64,000 nt of DNA from Fonticula alba ATCC 38817. Lineage: Eukaryota > Protista > Nucleariida. A model generated the notes under the pieces. It did no database searches and was not told where the DNA came from. It saw only the letters and a list, made by a program, of their open reading frames with translations. The first letter of the stretch is position 1. Each line of letters starts with the position of its first letter. The DNA lies in assembly GCA_000388065.2 (NCBI GenBank), contig KB932209.1; one strand, written 5' to 3'. Of the stretch, positions 12,779 through 25,710 are shown in pieces. The position numbers and the translations under genes were made by a program.

Positions 12779-15700
12779 CTACGATGTGAAGAGGCGGAAC
12801 CGATTGCTGCCCTGATAGAGGAGGAAGCCGTTCAGATTTAGGTTGTCGATGAAGGAGTTTGGATTCCCGATTTGGAGAACTGACCAGATTTGAAGTGGAG
12901 GAGGGGCGGTGAGTGAACCGCGAGGGAGATGGCGACAGGCGGAGAAGAGGACGGAAAAGGAGGATGGAGAGAGAGAGAGAGGGGGGGGGGGGCACTCGTA
13001 CCGCGGGCCAGGTCCATCAGCTCGCCGCGAGTGAAGTTGTGATCGCCACGTGCCGACGCCAGGATCTCCAACTGGGAGAGGAAGCGCCGCTGGGCGTTGC
13101 GGTTGCTGGAACCGGTGCCATGCTGTGCGCGGCCGAATTGCAGCTGGTTGTGCTCATCCTCGAGGGTACTGAAGACACTGTGCTTCCTGTAGACCGAGCC
13201 GTGCCGACAGGAGGAGGAAGAAGCATCGGAGCATGGGCAAGGCCAGTGTGCGGGGGCGGCAAACAAAACAATCAGAGGGCGAACGAAGGGGCAGGAAGGG
13301 TGGGGGAAGACACACTCGAGACGCACATCAGCGCCGTCGCGGCAAGGGCATCCTCCTCGAGGACAAACTCGCGCAGGTGCGCGCGCGCATGGGCCTCCGC
13401 CAAGCGAATAAGGCTCTCCAGCTGACGCGTGGTGATCAGGGTGGAATCGTAGGCCGCGTACTTTGACCGAAGCTCCAAGTAAAAGCGCTGCAGAATGCCG
13501 GCCGCCTTGGGGGTAAGGCTGGAGGGCACCAGCGCCAAATAGGCCGAGGGGGAGGGGGGAGGGGGAGAGATGGGCGGGAGGTAGGGAGAGCAGTTAGTCG
13601 CCAAGGGGGGAGGGATGGTGTCGGGCAAAGAGGCACGGCGACACGCACGTCGGGAAGACATATGTCCGCGCATAGAGGATGTACTTGCGCAGGAGCTTCG
13701 GCGGGAAGGGACTGAAGCCGGATGGTGCGGTTGAAAGGTCGCGGATGAAGGCATCGGCATCCAGATCACCGGGAGCTCGGGAGGGCATGGCATTGCCGGC
13801 GGCGGCGGAGGGATGTGGCGGCGGCGGCGGCGGCTGCTGCTGTTGCTGCTGGGGTACATGACCATGCCCTTGGCTTGGCGATCGGGCATCCGCCCGCTCA
13901 CCAGGCCCAAGTCCGCTATGGAGCTAAAGCCGGGGAGAAGCCCAGGGAAGGGGGGATGGTCAGTGGCAACTGGGGTGCGCAGGGAGAGGGATGGAAGAGC
14001 ACAGGGCATGCGGGAGACATGCATGTGTCCAGGCACACACCGACATGACGTGGGCCGAAAGGACCCGATCCAGCTCGGAGTCCGGAGTATCCAGCAGGAT
14101 GAAGATCAGATCGAAGCGCGAGAGGATGGCATTCGAGAGTTTGAGGTTCTCAGAGACGGTTTTGTTTTTGCTGACAACATTGCGCCGTGTGTCAAAAGGG
14201 GAGGAACAGGTGCATGGCGGTGGAGGGGAGGGGGCAGACAGGGAAAGCAGCTTGGCATCGGCCCGGCACGCACTCGTAATGCCCACCAATCGGATTGGCC
14301 GCGGCCAGGATGCTTGTGCGTGAGGGGAGCGTGCAGCAGATGCCAGCCTTGGCGATGCTGATGCTCTGCTGCTCCATGGCCTCCAGCAGGGCCTGGTGAT
14401 TGGTGCCCATCTTGTCGAACTCATCGATGCAACAGATGCCCTGATCAGCCAGGACCAGAGCCCCGGCCTCCAGGGCGAAGTCGCCGGTGTCCGGGTCCCG
14501 GTGTAGGGTCACCGTCAGACCGGTGGACGTGGCATTGATGCCGCTGACGTACACCGACCGGGGGGCGATGCTGGACACGGCCTTCAGCAGCTGGGACTTG
14601 CCCATGCCCGGATCACCGACCACCAGGATGTGGGAATCGTGGCGTACTGACAGCCGGTCGTCGTTGCCGGTGTGCTTGCGCCGGCCGCCGAACAGTGCCA
14701 GCAGGAAACCGGCTGCCTCGGCCAGTGGGGGTGCCCACCCCGGGCCAGGCACAACGGTCAGCAAAGGGCCCAGAGCAGCAAGGCCGGAAAAGGAGGGGGA
14801 GCGACGAGACGCGCACCTTTGACAATGCTATGTCCATGGATGGCCGGACACATGGAGTGGACCAGGCGCCGAAAGAGGGCCGGACGCGAAGCGATGTACC
14901 GGATGGAGTAGAGGTCTCGCACGGAGAAGGACTGATCCGAGCCGGAATAAGAATCCGAAGAGACTCGGCTGTCGGCGGTGCTGTTCGTGTGTTCCAAGTC
15001 GCCGGCATCGTTGGCACGCCTGCAAGGTGGGGAGGAGGGAGGAGCAGGCAGGGGGGAAAAGAGGCCCCATCGAGGATGCATGACAGAGAGGAAGCCAGGA
15101 GGAGAGGAAAGATCCATCAACACAAGTCAGAAGCTGAGAGAGAGAGAGAGAGAGAGAGAGAAGAACAGACAAACAAAACTGGCAGACAAAACTGGCAAAC
15201 AGACACATTGGCAGACAAGCAGGATAGCCAGGAAGGGAAGCAAGTCCACGTACGAGCTCTCCACCCCGAGGGCTTCGAGATACAGGAAGAAGGTGGTGGC
15301 GTTGCGATTGCGCTTGCGCGAGCTTGACCCCTCGCCGGTGCCCGCCCCGGTGCTTCCACTGGAGTCACTCTCCTCCGTGCCGACCAGCTTCACGGTTCCG
15401 GTGACAGTGACCACATCGCCCGGCACGCAGGAGTCCACCAGGTAGGGCGGCAGGTCGACGGCAATGTTCTTGGGGATGCGTCCGGCCATGGCGTCGTCGG
15501 CCGTTTCGCCGGCATCCTCTCGCGGAAGCTCCTGGATTTTGATTTGCTGCCAGTCGCAGGTGGTTGTCCCCGGCGAGTCGCGCAGGAACTCGAACACCTT
15601 GCCTCGGCACCCGCGCCCCAGGCACCGAGCCGGCGGCTGGAAACGGCCCTCGGTAAAGAGGACCACCTGCTGGCCGAGGCACTTGACGCAGGAAAACTCC

Positions 15701-16890
15701 CCGGACAGGGCCACCGGCTTGATGTTGGACGTGCGGACGACCGTCCCCCGGACCGAGACAAACTTCCCCACATAGTATGCACGCAGGTCCTGGATCAGGG
15801 TCACCGGCAGGAAGCCCAGCAGCGACACGCGCAAGGGCACATTGCAGTGCAGCAGCCACTCCAGGTGGTGCGAGTCGATGTGCTCCTGGCTGACGGAGCC
15901 GGCCGGCAGGGGCCGGCCCCCGGGGCCCAGATGTGTCAGGAAGTCCCGCGGGATTGGCGGACAGGGGCCGGCCATCTGCGTGGCCGGCCCCCCGCCACCG
16001 GCTGCCCCATTCGGGCCAAACTCCCGACTCAGCAGCTCCAGCAGGACATAGTGCGCGGCCAGATGCAAGCACGGGAGCAAATCCGTGTGGCGCTCGCGCA
16101 CCATGACCGCCAGGTTCAAACCCAGAAGGCCCTCGGTGAGGAACGACCGGAAGGACCGCTCGGGCATGGCGCCCAATTCGGCGGCCGAGGAGGCGGACTC
16201 AAAGCCGGCCGAGGCGCCGCGCGACAGGCGCTCCGCCGTGTGGGTGTACTCGCGCGACAGCCAGGTGAAGGAGATCGAGAGGACCGGGAACCGCGAGTCT
16301 GACAGCCGGCTCATCAGGGTGTCGGCCAGCGACCGGAGGACCTCGACAAAACTCTCGATCAGGCCGAGGTGCGGCCCGGGGTGGTCGGCTGGACCGCCGC
16401 CAGACATGCGAGGACGCAGGGGGGAGGACGGTTAGAGACCCGCGGGATCGGCAAGAGGCCCCGGCAGAGTGGCACATCAAAGGGGGCCCAGGCAGAGAGG
16501 NNNNNNNNNNGGGCACGAACGTGGCGTCCCGGCCAGGTAGAGCGGCCAGAGAATGGACAAAACTTGCGGATCCGGTGGGACGGCCACCTGGAAGCGATAC
16601 ATGAATGACCCTGGGGTGATGGGGGCAGGGGCCCGGCTGGGGGCCCGGCCACCGGCTTGGTAGGTGGAGGCCGGGGCCAGCGCCCCGCTGGCCGAGGGGT
16701 CCGGCGCGCGCCAGGACGATGACCGGATGACCCCGGGCACATCACGGTCGCGGTCGCCGGGGGCCGCCGCGCGGAAGGTCTCGCCGGACGCCGAGCCGCC
16801 GCGCCCGCCGCCGCGCCCGCCGCGACCACGCCCACGCTGGCTCCGCCAGAAGCTGCTGCTCGATCGACTGGCGCCGCGGCCGCCGCCCCG

Positions 16891-16921
<31 letters not shown>

Positions 16922-16968
16922 TCATCATCGTCTGATGTGCCGCCCTGGAAGCGGCGGAAGTCGCTCAT
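12779..16968 (-). CDS. MCM8: DNA helicase MCM8 (multi-exon)
   Basis: Walker [67 protein letters not shown] and sensor [17 protein letters not shown]. Also an OB-fold VSVRGTVVR with C4 zinc finger, an RGG-rich N-terminus and a C-terminal winged helix [15 protein letters not shown], as in MCM8. Stop TAG at 12779-12781. Confidence 0.9.
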
Positions 16969-17531
16969 TCGGCTGGCCTGCGGACGCGTATCCGACAATC
17001 GAAGCCTCCGTGCGGGGCAAAGGCAGTGCGGAGGGCAGGGGGAAACTGCAAGGGGAAAGGGGGACAAACGCCAAGGGAGGAGGGGGAAAGCGCAATGGCG
17101 AATAGGAAGGTGGTCCCCAGGCCGGGGGGCACACGGGAGCCAGGCCGGTGGCTCAGATCTCCCCCTCGGTCCCTCTCTCTCTCTCTCCTGCCCCCTCCAT
17201 CCCTTGCCGCCCCAGATGCCGGGGCAAAGGGTGGCACCGCGCGAGGGCGCCGGGGCCGGTGGCGCTCGCCATTAATCGTGTCACGTGAGTCTCCCGAGGA
17301 CAGTCGACGCTCCCCCCCCTCGCTCTCTCACAGGGCCCGGGGGTGGAAGGGAGGAAGGCGGGGGCCGGAAGACCGCGCGCCTCTCCTCCCTTCGCTGGCT
17401 TTTGCGTGACCGCCCCGGGACCCCCCTGCCTGGGGGCCGGCTAAGCTTTCCGCTCTTGCCCCCCCCCCTCGTACCCGTCTTTCCCATTCCTCCTCCGTTG
17501 CTCGAACCGCACACGCCCCCGCACCCACACC
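16969..17531. promoter_or_regulatory. Short bidirectional promoter region between head-to-head MCM8 and OTU genes
   Basis: The start codons are 563 bp apart and divergent. The region contains TTAATC (17272-17277) next to a CACGTG E-box (17282-17287). Function is inferred. Confidence 0.45.
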
Positions 17532-18775
17532 ATGCCCCCCCGCCGGAAGCGTAACGCCAAGAATTCGGCCGCCAGCTACGACGAGATGTACCCCCCATCG
17601 GGCGATCCGGCCCTCGAGGCGCCGGAGGCCGCCGACCCCGGGCCCGGCTCCGCCGCCGCCGATGCCCCTCCCGCTGATGCTCCAGCGGCCGACAGCCCCG
17701 CCGCCGCGGTCGCCGACCCGGAAGCCGCACGCCGGGAGCTGGAGACCGCACACCGGGCCCAAGCCCGGGTGTTCCGCATGGATCTGCAGAAGAAGAAGAA
17801 GGAGGCCACTGCCAAGGGCAAGGATGCGGCCAAGGCCTGGCGCTCGGAAGAGCAGCGCCTGGAGAAGGAGTTCCTGGACCAGCAGGCCCAGGAGATGCGC
17901 CTCCTGGAGGAGCGTCTAGCCGCCATGTCGGCCCTGCGCACGGCCGAGGCCGCCGAGGAGCCCGGGTCGTCGACCACTCGTGCGCAGCGGCGCCGCGTAC
18001 GTTCGGGGCTTTCCCCTCCGCCGGTCCCTTTCCCAGCACGCCTGGCACAAGCTTCCTGGCAGCCGCGTGGCCGCCCTCCTTCTTTCTTGCTGACCCTCCC
18101 CTCTTCTCGGGGCCCCGCCCCCTCCCCGGCCCCCCATTCCCATGCGACTCCCAGGACAAGAAGTCCGCCGAGGAGCAGGCCCGCTATGAGCAGGGCGTGG
18201 CCGAGGCTGCCCTTCTGCCGGACCTCAAGGCCGCTGAAGATGCCCTGCTGCTGCCCCTGCTGTCACAGGCTGGTCTTTCGCTTTTCGAGGTGAGTTGGCC
18301 CCAGTCAAGTCGCTTTCCCCTGGTCTTCCTCTCTTCTCTTGGGCCTCCTCTCTCTCTTTCTCTCTCTCCCCTCGCATCCCATCTGCAACCGGTTGACCTG
18401 CGCTTGCTGGTACTGATGCCTTCCCCTCCATCTCATGCCCTTTCTCTCGCTCCTGCCTCTGTGCATTTTCATGCATGCGCGCATCGCACCCCCTGCAGAT
18501 CCGTCCCGATGGGCACTGGTACGATCCTCCCTTGCCTTCCGCCGGCCACGGTGGAAAACATTGGCCCTCTGCCGACACCCGGCCCTTTGTCTGACCTCCC
18601 ATCCACGCGCCCCCGGATAGCCTCTTCAACGCTGTGGATCATCAGTACAGCCATGTCTTCGGCCAGACCCTCCGCGGCCCGGTACGTTCCCCTGCCCCCT
18701 CTCCCCCCCCCCCCTACCCTACCCTCACCGGCATCCTCGGCCCATCTCCCCTCTGTCATCCCCACCGCTGACCAT

Positions 18776-18810
<35 letters not shown>

Positions 18811-19811
18811 CGTGTCGACAGAATCACTGGCGGCGCTTCGCTTGTGACTGGATGCGCCAGCACCGCGACCACTTCCAGCATTTCGCCATGAATGAGGACG
18901 GCGAGGTCACTGACTTTGGTGCGCTGCCTCTGATGGCTGCCCATGTTGATGGCGGCGCTCGCACGCATGCGTCCCCCCTCTCTGACCCGATTGACGCCCT
19001 GCCCCGCGTAAACAAAAAAAAACACCACCGCAAACACCCCCTGCCACCGCCGGGCAGATGAATACCTGGAGACCATGGAGCACACCGCTGTTTGGGGTGG
19101 CCACCCGGAGGTGCGTTCCCTCGGAGGAAGGGAGGAAAAAAGACAACGCGAACAACCAATGTCCATCGCCCTGCATCGGTGTAGATGCGGGGCAAGCAGC
19201 CCCCCCCCCCCCCCCCCNNNNNNNNNNNNNNNNNNNNNNNNNNNNNNNNNNNNNNNNNNNNNNNNNNNNNNNNNNNNNNNNNNNNNNNNNNNNNNNNNNN
19301 NNNNNNNNNNNNNNNNNNNNNNNNNNNNNNNNNNNNNNNNNNNNNNNNNNNNNNNNNNNNNNNNNNNNNNNNNNNNNNNNNNNNNNNNNNNNNNNNNNNN
19401 NNNNNNNNNNNNNNNNNNNNNNNNNNNNNNNNNNNNNNNNNNNNNNNNGGCCGAGGCACATGCGGATGTCGGCCACGTCGGCTCATGCTGTGTGAAGAGT
19501 AAGCCCCCCCAGCTAACCCCTACTCCCCATGACAATCGTGCCCCCGGCTGGTGCTGCAGCTCTTCGCCCTGGCCAGCGCCACCGGCACGCCGATCCACGT
19601 TTTCCAAGCCCCCTCCAAGGTGGCCACCTTTGGCGACTTGTCCGGGTCGAAGCTGCTCGAGGCGGCCGCCGAGGCTGGCGCCCTGGTGGTTATCAGCCCG
19701 GATGAGGGGGTCCCGCGCTCCGGCAAGCCGGCCCTGAGTCTGGTGTACCAGCGCCACACGCTCGGCCTTGGTGAGCATTACAATTCCACCCTTCCGAGCG
19801 CGCCGCAGTAG
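17532..19811 (+). CDS. OTUD6B: OTU-domain deubiquitinase, OTUD6/Otu2-like (multi-exon, one intron contains an N-gap)
   Basis: Basic coiled-coil N-terminus. The catalytic Cys motif IRPDGH|CLFNAV is split by an intron; also WGGHPE|LFALA and the C-terminal LVYQRHTLGLGEHYNS His motif. Confidence 0.88.
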
Positions 19812-20677
19812 CCGGGGCCGGCCGGGCGCGTGCGTGTGTGTGTGTGTGTGTATGTATGTATGTGTGCAGCCAGAGCCGGTCCATGCGGCAGCGACCATGC
19901 AAACAAGAATCAGGCCGAAATGGACCACGCGCACAGGAGCACCACAATAAAACACACACGCACACATACATACGTGCGCGCGCGCAAACATTTTTGCACT
20001 TGCCCAAACATGCATGCATCAAGGTGGTGAAACAGGGCCGGGCAGCAAAAGCAAACAAAGGCGCGATGATTCGGGATCGCTTTTTGTGTCAATATATTGG
20101 TGTTCGGTGTGGGCGCGCGCGGGCCGCACGCGGGGTACATGTGCGACGGACAGGCGCACACGCACGCGCATGCATGGGGCTCCTGGANNNNNNNNNNNNN
20201 NNNNNNNNNNNNNNNNNNNNNNNNNNNNNNNNNNNNNNNNNNNNNNNNNNNNNNNNNNNNNNNNNNNNNNNNNNNNNNNNNNNNNNNNNNNNNNNNNNNN
20301 NNNNNNNNNNNNNNNNNNNNNNNNNNNNNNNNNNNNNNNNNNNNNNNNNNNNNNNNNNNNNNNNNNNNNNNNNNNNNNNNNNNNNNNNNNNNNNNNNNNN
20401 NNNNNNNNNNNNNNNNNNNNNNNNNNNNNNNNNNNNNNNNNNNNNNNNNNNNNNNNNNNNNNNNNNNNNNNNNNNNNNNNNNNNNNNNNNNNNNNNNNNN
20501 NNNNNNNNNNNNNNNNNNNNNNNNNNNNNNNNNNNNGGGGGGGGGGAGCGTCACGTCGGAGGACTGCGCACACATGGATGTACAGGTGGTTCCTCCCGGG
20601 TCCCTCCCCCGGAGCCAGCCTCTTGCGCGGTGGCGCGGGGGAAAGGCGCCCCTCGGGCTTGGAAAAGCACACGCCGC

Positions 20678-21604
20678 TTAGGGGGCCACCAGCAGACGCA
20701 TGGTGTTGCTGTGGCCAACACCACTCTTCCAGCCCTGGATGGCGATGACCATCATGCCAGAGCTCAGGAGGCCCATGGTCTTGGCCTTCATGATGCCGAA
20801 CTGAATGCGCGCATCGACATCCAGCTGCCACTGCTCGCCGGACACGGCGCCGGGGGAGATGCGGCCGCGGTCGTACAGGAGCGGGAAGCACCCGCGCCAC
20901 AGGTGCGCCTGCCGGGCAACGCGCGCCTCGCGGGTGATGGTGATGATCGGGCACCGGGGACGGTACTTGGACACCAGGCGGGCGGTATCGCCGCTGCCGG
21001 TGAGCACGATGATGGCACCGATGTTGGGCTGCTCGAGGGCGGCGTTGACGGCCGAGCAGGCCAGCGTCTCGGCGAAGGACTGGCTCGGGCCGCCGGGGGT
21101 GCCATTCCCGGAGAAGGGGTTCGGCGCGGTCAGCAGCCGGAGCTCATTGAAGAAGGAGGTGGAGAAGGTGGCCAGCTCGGCCTCGATGCAAATCCGGTGC
21201 ATCATGCGCACGGCCTCGATGGGGTAGCTGCCCTTGGCCGTCTCACCCGAAAGCATGACGCAATCGGCACCGTCGAGGACGGCATTGGCCACATCGGAGA
21301 CCTCAGCACGAGTGGGGCGGGGGTTGGTGGTCATGCTGTGTGAAGAGTAAGGAGGGGAAGAGGGAGAGATGGGAAGAGGGAGAGATGGGAAGGGGAGGGG
21401 GCGCGGGGAAGGGAGGGAGAGAGAGAGGTAAGTGGGCGGATTCAGCAACAAACAGCGAGACTTGGGCTCTCACGGTTGATAACATGCAGACAGGTGCAGC
21501 AACAGGGCGACGGCAAGACATGTGGAGGCGGAGAGAAGCCGGAAGGAGAGTGCGGCCCCCTTTTGAGCTCCCTCCCATTGCACCTGCACAGCGGGCCAGC
21601 GAAA

Positions 21605-21636
<32 letters not shown>

Positions 21637-22965
21637 TCGGACAGGGACCGGACATACCTCTCAAGCATCTGCGTGGCGCAGATGACACTCTTGCCGACGA
21701 TGTTGCACCGGGCAATCATCATCTTCTGCACGCGGAACACACGCTCCGGGGGAATCTCAATGCCGAGATCACCGCGGGCCACCATGACACCGTCGACGGC
21801 ATCGAGGATCTCATCGAAGTTGTTGACACCCTCCTGGTTCTCGATCTTGGCGATGATCTTGATGTGCTGGCCCTCCGGGCCGAGGCACATGCGGATGTCG
21901 GCCACGTCGGCCGGCTTGCGGATGAACGAGGCGAAGATCATGTCGACATTGTTGCGCACGGCGAAGGCATAGCACTCGCGATCGTAGTCCGACACGGCGG
22001 GCAGATCAATCAGAGCCCCGGGCAGGTTGACACCCTTGCGGTTGGAGAGAACACCACCATCGACCACGGTGCAGGTGACATCCCCGGGGTTCGGGGAGTC
22101 CACGGTGACCACCTGCAGGGAGATGAGGCCGTCGTCGATGTAAATCGGCGAGCCGGGCAGCACCACACGCGCCAGGTTGGGATAGTCAATGAAGACCAGG
22201 CTGGCCGAGCCGCGCTTGATGTTGGCGCGGTCGGTGGACACGACCACCTGCTCGCCGGAGGTCAGGGTCACCTCGTCGATGCCGTCGGCCAGCTCGCCGG
22301 TGCGGATCTCCGGGCCCTTGGTGTCCAGGGCGATGGCCACCGGGCGGGCCATCTCGTCCATGAGCTTGTCCGACTGGCGGGTGTTGTCGATAGTGGCCTG
22401 GTGGAACTGTGGCGGCGTGGGGCCCGAGCGTGTGGGCGAGGCGGTCAGTGGAAGTCGGGCTGGTTGGGGCAAGGGGAGGTGGACGGGGGCAGAGAGAGAG
22501 AGAGAGAGGCCAGCAAAGGGGCAAGCTGCCAGGGGAACGGAAAGCCGGGCGCGTGGCACGCACATCGAACGAGCCATGGCTCATGTTCATGCGGACGACG
22601 TTCATGCCGGCCTGGCGCAGGGAGGCCAGCTTCTCCACGGACTGGGTCTTCGGGCCGATGGTGCAGATGATGGAGGTCCGGCGGGCGTGGACATTCTCCT
22701 GCACGACGGGCGGGGTGCCGGGAGCGGCGTCGGTGGTGGTGGCAGCGGCGCCGTCGGCCGGGCTGCCAGCGACAATGGCCGCGGCGGTGGCCGACGCGGC
22801 GGCCAGCTTGTCGCTGCCAGGGCCAGAGGCGGCCATGAAGTCCGTGCAGTCCAGCGAGGCCAGATGCCCCAGGGTGGTGGTGGGGTTGGAGGAACGGGCA
22901 TGGCGCAGGCGGGTCGACGGGCTGGCATGCACCATCGTGGCGTTATGGTTGACGACACTCGACAT
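20678..22965 (-). CDS. PK: Pyruvate kinase (3 exons: 22965-22564, 22406-21658, 21335-20678)
   Basis: [67 protein letters not shown]|[18 protein letters not shown] and [10 protein letters not shown]. Splice phases are consistent. Confidence 0.98.
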
Positions 22966-25710
22966 GATCGAAAGAGAGGGGGAGGAGGAGGATGCAGGGG
23001 AGGGGAGGGGGAGAGGAGGGGGGGGGGAGGGGATCAGGTGAAAGGACGGTCAAATTCCAGGAGGGGGAGAGAGAAGGGACGTCCTGTGGGGAAGTGGATG
23101 GGACTCGGCCCCGGGGGCCCGGAGGGCGACCGGCTATGTGCCTCTTTTGGGGGGGGGGGGGTACCCGACGCCGGGGCCTCGCCCTCCTGCGCCGCAGTGG
23201 CCGGCGCCGGGATCCCACGCACGGCATCGGCGTGGGAACGGGCCCGGCTTGCCTCTCTCCCTGGGAGGCGCCGGCTGGCGGCCGGGCGGGGCCCACCAAG
23301 GGATCGGGGTGCGCACACACATACACACGTAGACTTGCGTACATGGGCGCGGGGTGCGCCGTTTCCGTCCGCGCATGCCACCCCCCCCCCCTGAGACGCA
23401 CCACCCTGCCCCGGCAACCGAGCTCGGGCGCGCCAGGGAATGGCCAGTGGGGCGGGCGTTGTCCCGAGAAAACTGGTCTCTTCGGGGAAGGGGCGCGTGG
23501 TGCAGCTGCCCGGGGGGAGGGGGGCAGGGCGGCCGGCTCGGGCCGGAGCGCGCGCCCAGGCACCAGGCCCAGCGAGCGCGCCCGACGCAAAGAGAGTGAC
23601 TTTGGTCGATCGCCCCGACCGACCCCCGCCCCCCCCCCCCCCCCCCCTCCCGCGGCCGCAAGACGGCCTGGGCCAGCCCGCGCAACGACCCCACGCATGG
23701 CACGGAACCCCTCCTTGGTAGGCCGGGATCACCTCGACCGCCACCACCCCAATGACTAGGGCGCACCCGGCCGGGTGCGTCCAGGAGTGCGCGCGGGGTG
23801 ACAGGAGCCAGGGGAAGGGGCGCTCCGGGAAATGGCGCGGTCTAGCGGGCCAGCCCGGGCGAACCCGGCTTCAGCCTGCCCGCGAGGGACCTCGCTCTCT
23901 CTTCCCTCCCCCCCCCCGGCAGGGAACTTCCTCCGCGCGATGGGAGGGCACATGAGCTTCTCAGCTCGCGCGTGAAGGGGCCCCCAGGGCGGAAGCACAC
24001 GCGCGTGTAAGTACGGTCGTCACGCCGTGCCCCAAACCGGTCCCGCCGCCGGTCGTGCCCCCCCCNNNNNNNNNNNNNNNNNNNNNNNNNNNNNNNNNNN
24101 NNNNNNNNNNNNNNNNNNNNNNNNNNNNNNNNNNNNNNNNNNNNNNNNNNNNNNNNNNNNNNNNNNNNNNNNNNNNNNNNNNNNNNNNNNNNNNNNNNNN
24201 NNNNNNNNNNNNNNNNNNNNNNNNNNNNNNNNNNNNNNNNNNNNNNNNNNNNNNNNNNNNNNNNNNNNNNNNNNNNNNNNNNNNNNNNNNNNNNNNNNNN
24301 NNNNNNNNNNNNNNNNNNNNNNNNNNNNNNNNNNNNNNNNNNNNNNNNNNNNNNNNNNNNNNNNNNNNNNNNNNNNNNNNNNNNNNNNNNNNNNNNNNNN
24401 NNNNNNNNNNNNNNNNNNNNNNNNNNNNNNNNNNNNNNNNNNNNNNNNNNNNNNNNNNNNNNNNNNNNNNNNNNNNNNNNNNNNNNNNNNNNNNNNNNNN
24501 NNNNNNNNNNNNNNNNNNNNNNNNNNNNNNNNNNNNNNNNNNNNNNNNNNNNNNNNNNNNNNNNNNNNNNNNNNNNNNNNNNNNNNNNNNNNNNNNNNNN
24601 NNNCGCCATGGGTCCGGGGCGCACGCAGCGCCGGAGCCACGCCCCGCCCCGCGCCAGCCCCTCCGCCCCCCCCCCCGGCCGCCGGGGGAGAGGGTCGGCC
24701 AAAAGCCGAGATAGATGCTGCGCGCCGGACAAATTTGTGACTCTGGGCTGTGGGCCAGACGGTTCAGCTGATCCGGTCATGTTATCATCGATCGGCGCGG
24801 CTGACTTGCCCCACGGACGGTCTGGATCGGCGGTCCGCAGATGGGCCCCCTCCCGGCGGGGAAGAAGCCGTGAGTACGCCCTTGGGCCGGGCGGTGTTTG
24901 TTTTTTTCCCGGGGGTCCCTCCTTATATAGACAGCAGGGACTGGGGGGGGGGGGGAATTTCGTGCGTGTGTCCGTGTCGAAGGAGCTCCCTCCCCTCCGA
25001 GGATTGGGCGAGCCCCGCGTGTGTGCCCATCCTGTGCCGGCCCGAGTGGGTGATGTCCTGACGCGGAGCCCCTCCGGGCCGGAGGGGCTTCTCATATGAG
25101 GAGGACGTTCAACAGAGTCCGCCCCCCCCCCCCCCCCCTCCCCTGGGGACTAGGGAAGTGCCCGGACAAGGTGGCGCAAGTGCCCGCACCCCTCTTGCGC
25201 CACGCTGCATGAGGAAGGCACAATTTATGAATCAGAGGGGAAAGGGGCCCCCCCGGGGGGGGGGACCTGGCGAGCGGAGCGGTGGCTGAGTCTCAGACGT
25301 TCCAGGCCGTGTTGCGCCCCCCCCCTCCCCCCCGAACGCCCCTGGCCGATTCCCGGGTGTCTCTTTTCGTAGGTGGGATCCTCGTTGCGTCACAGGAGGG
25401 ACAACAAACGAGCTGGTGCCCACGCCCCCCTCCCCCGGCCCGGGAAGACGCCGGAAATGTATGCCCTGTGGGCATGTCCCCGGTGCTTGCTTGCGCAGGG
25501 GGGCAGTGACCCGGTCCTGGACGCAAACCGCGGGAGGTGGCCGGGGCGGGACGGGGCTCGTATCTCGCTCCTCGGTGCACGGTGGGGCCTATATCAGCGG
25601 GCGGCGGCCGGCCAGGCGCCCAACTGGCCGCCGTCAGGACACCTACCCCCCCCCCCCCCTTCTCCCCCCCCCCCCCCTGCTGGCCCGCCAGTTCTCACGA
25701 CCCGAAAGTC

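Noticed and set aside
22690-22965. N-terminal extension of pyruvate kinase
   Set aside because: Low-complexity Ala/Thr linker. [10 protein letters not shown] matches the normal N-terminal helix of eukaryotic PK, so it is not novel.
23000-25700. Search for a vault RNA (Pol III A/B boxes plus T-run) near MVP
   Set aside because: No convincing A-box/B-box/terminator combination seen; part of the region is an N-gap.
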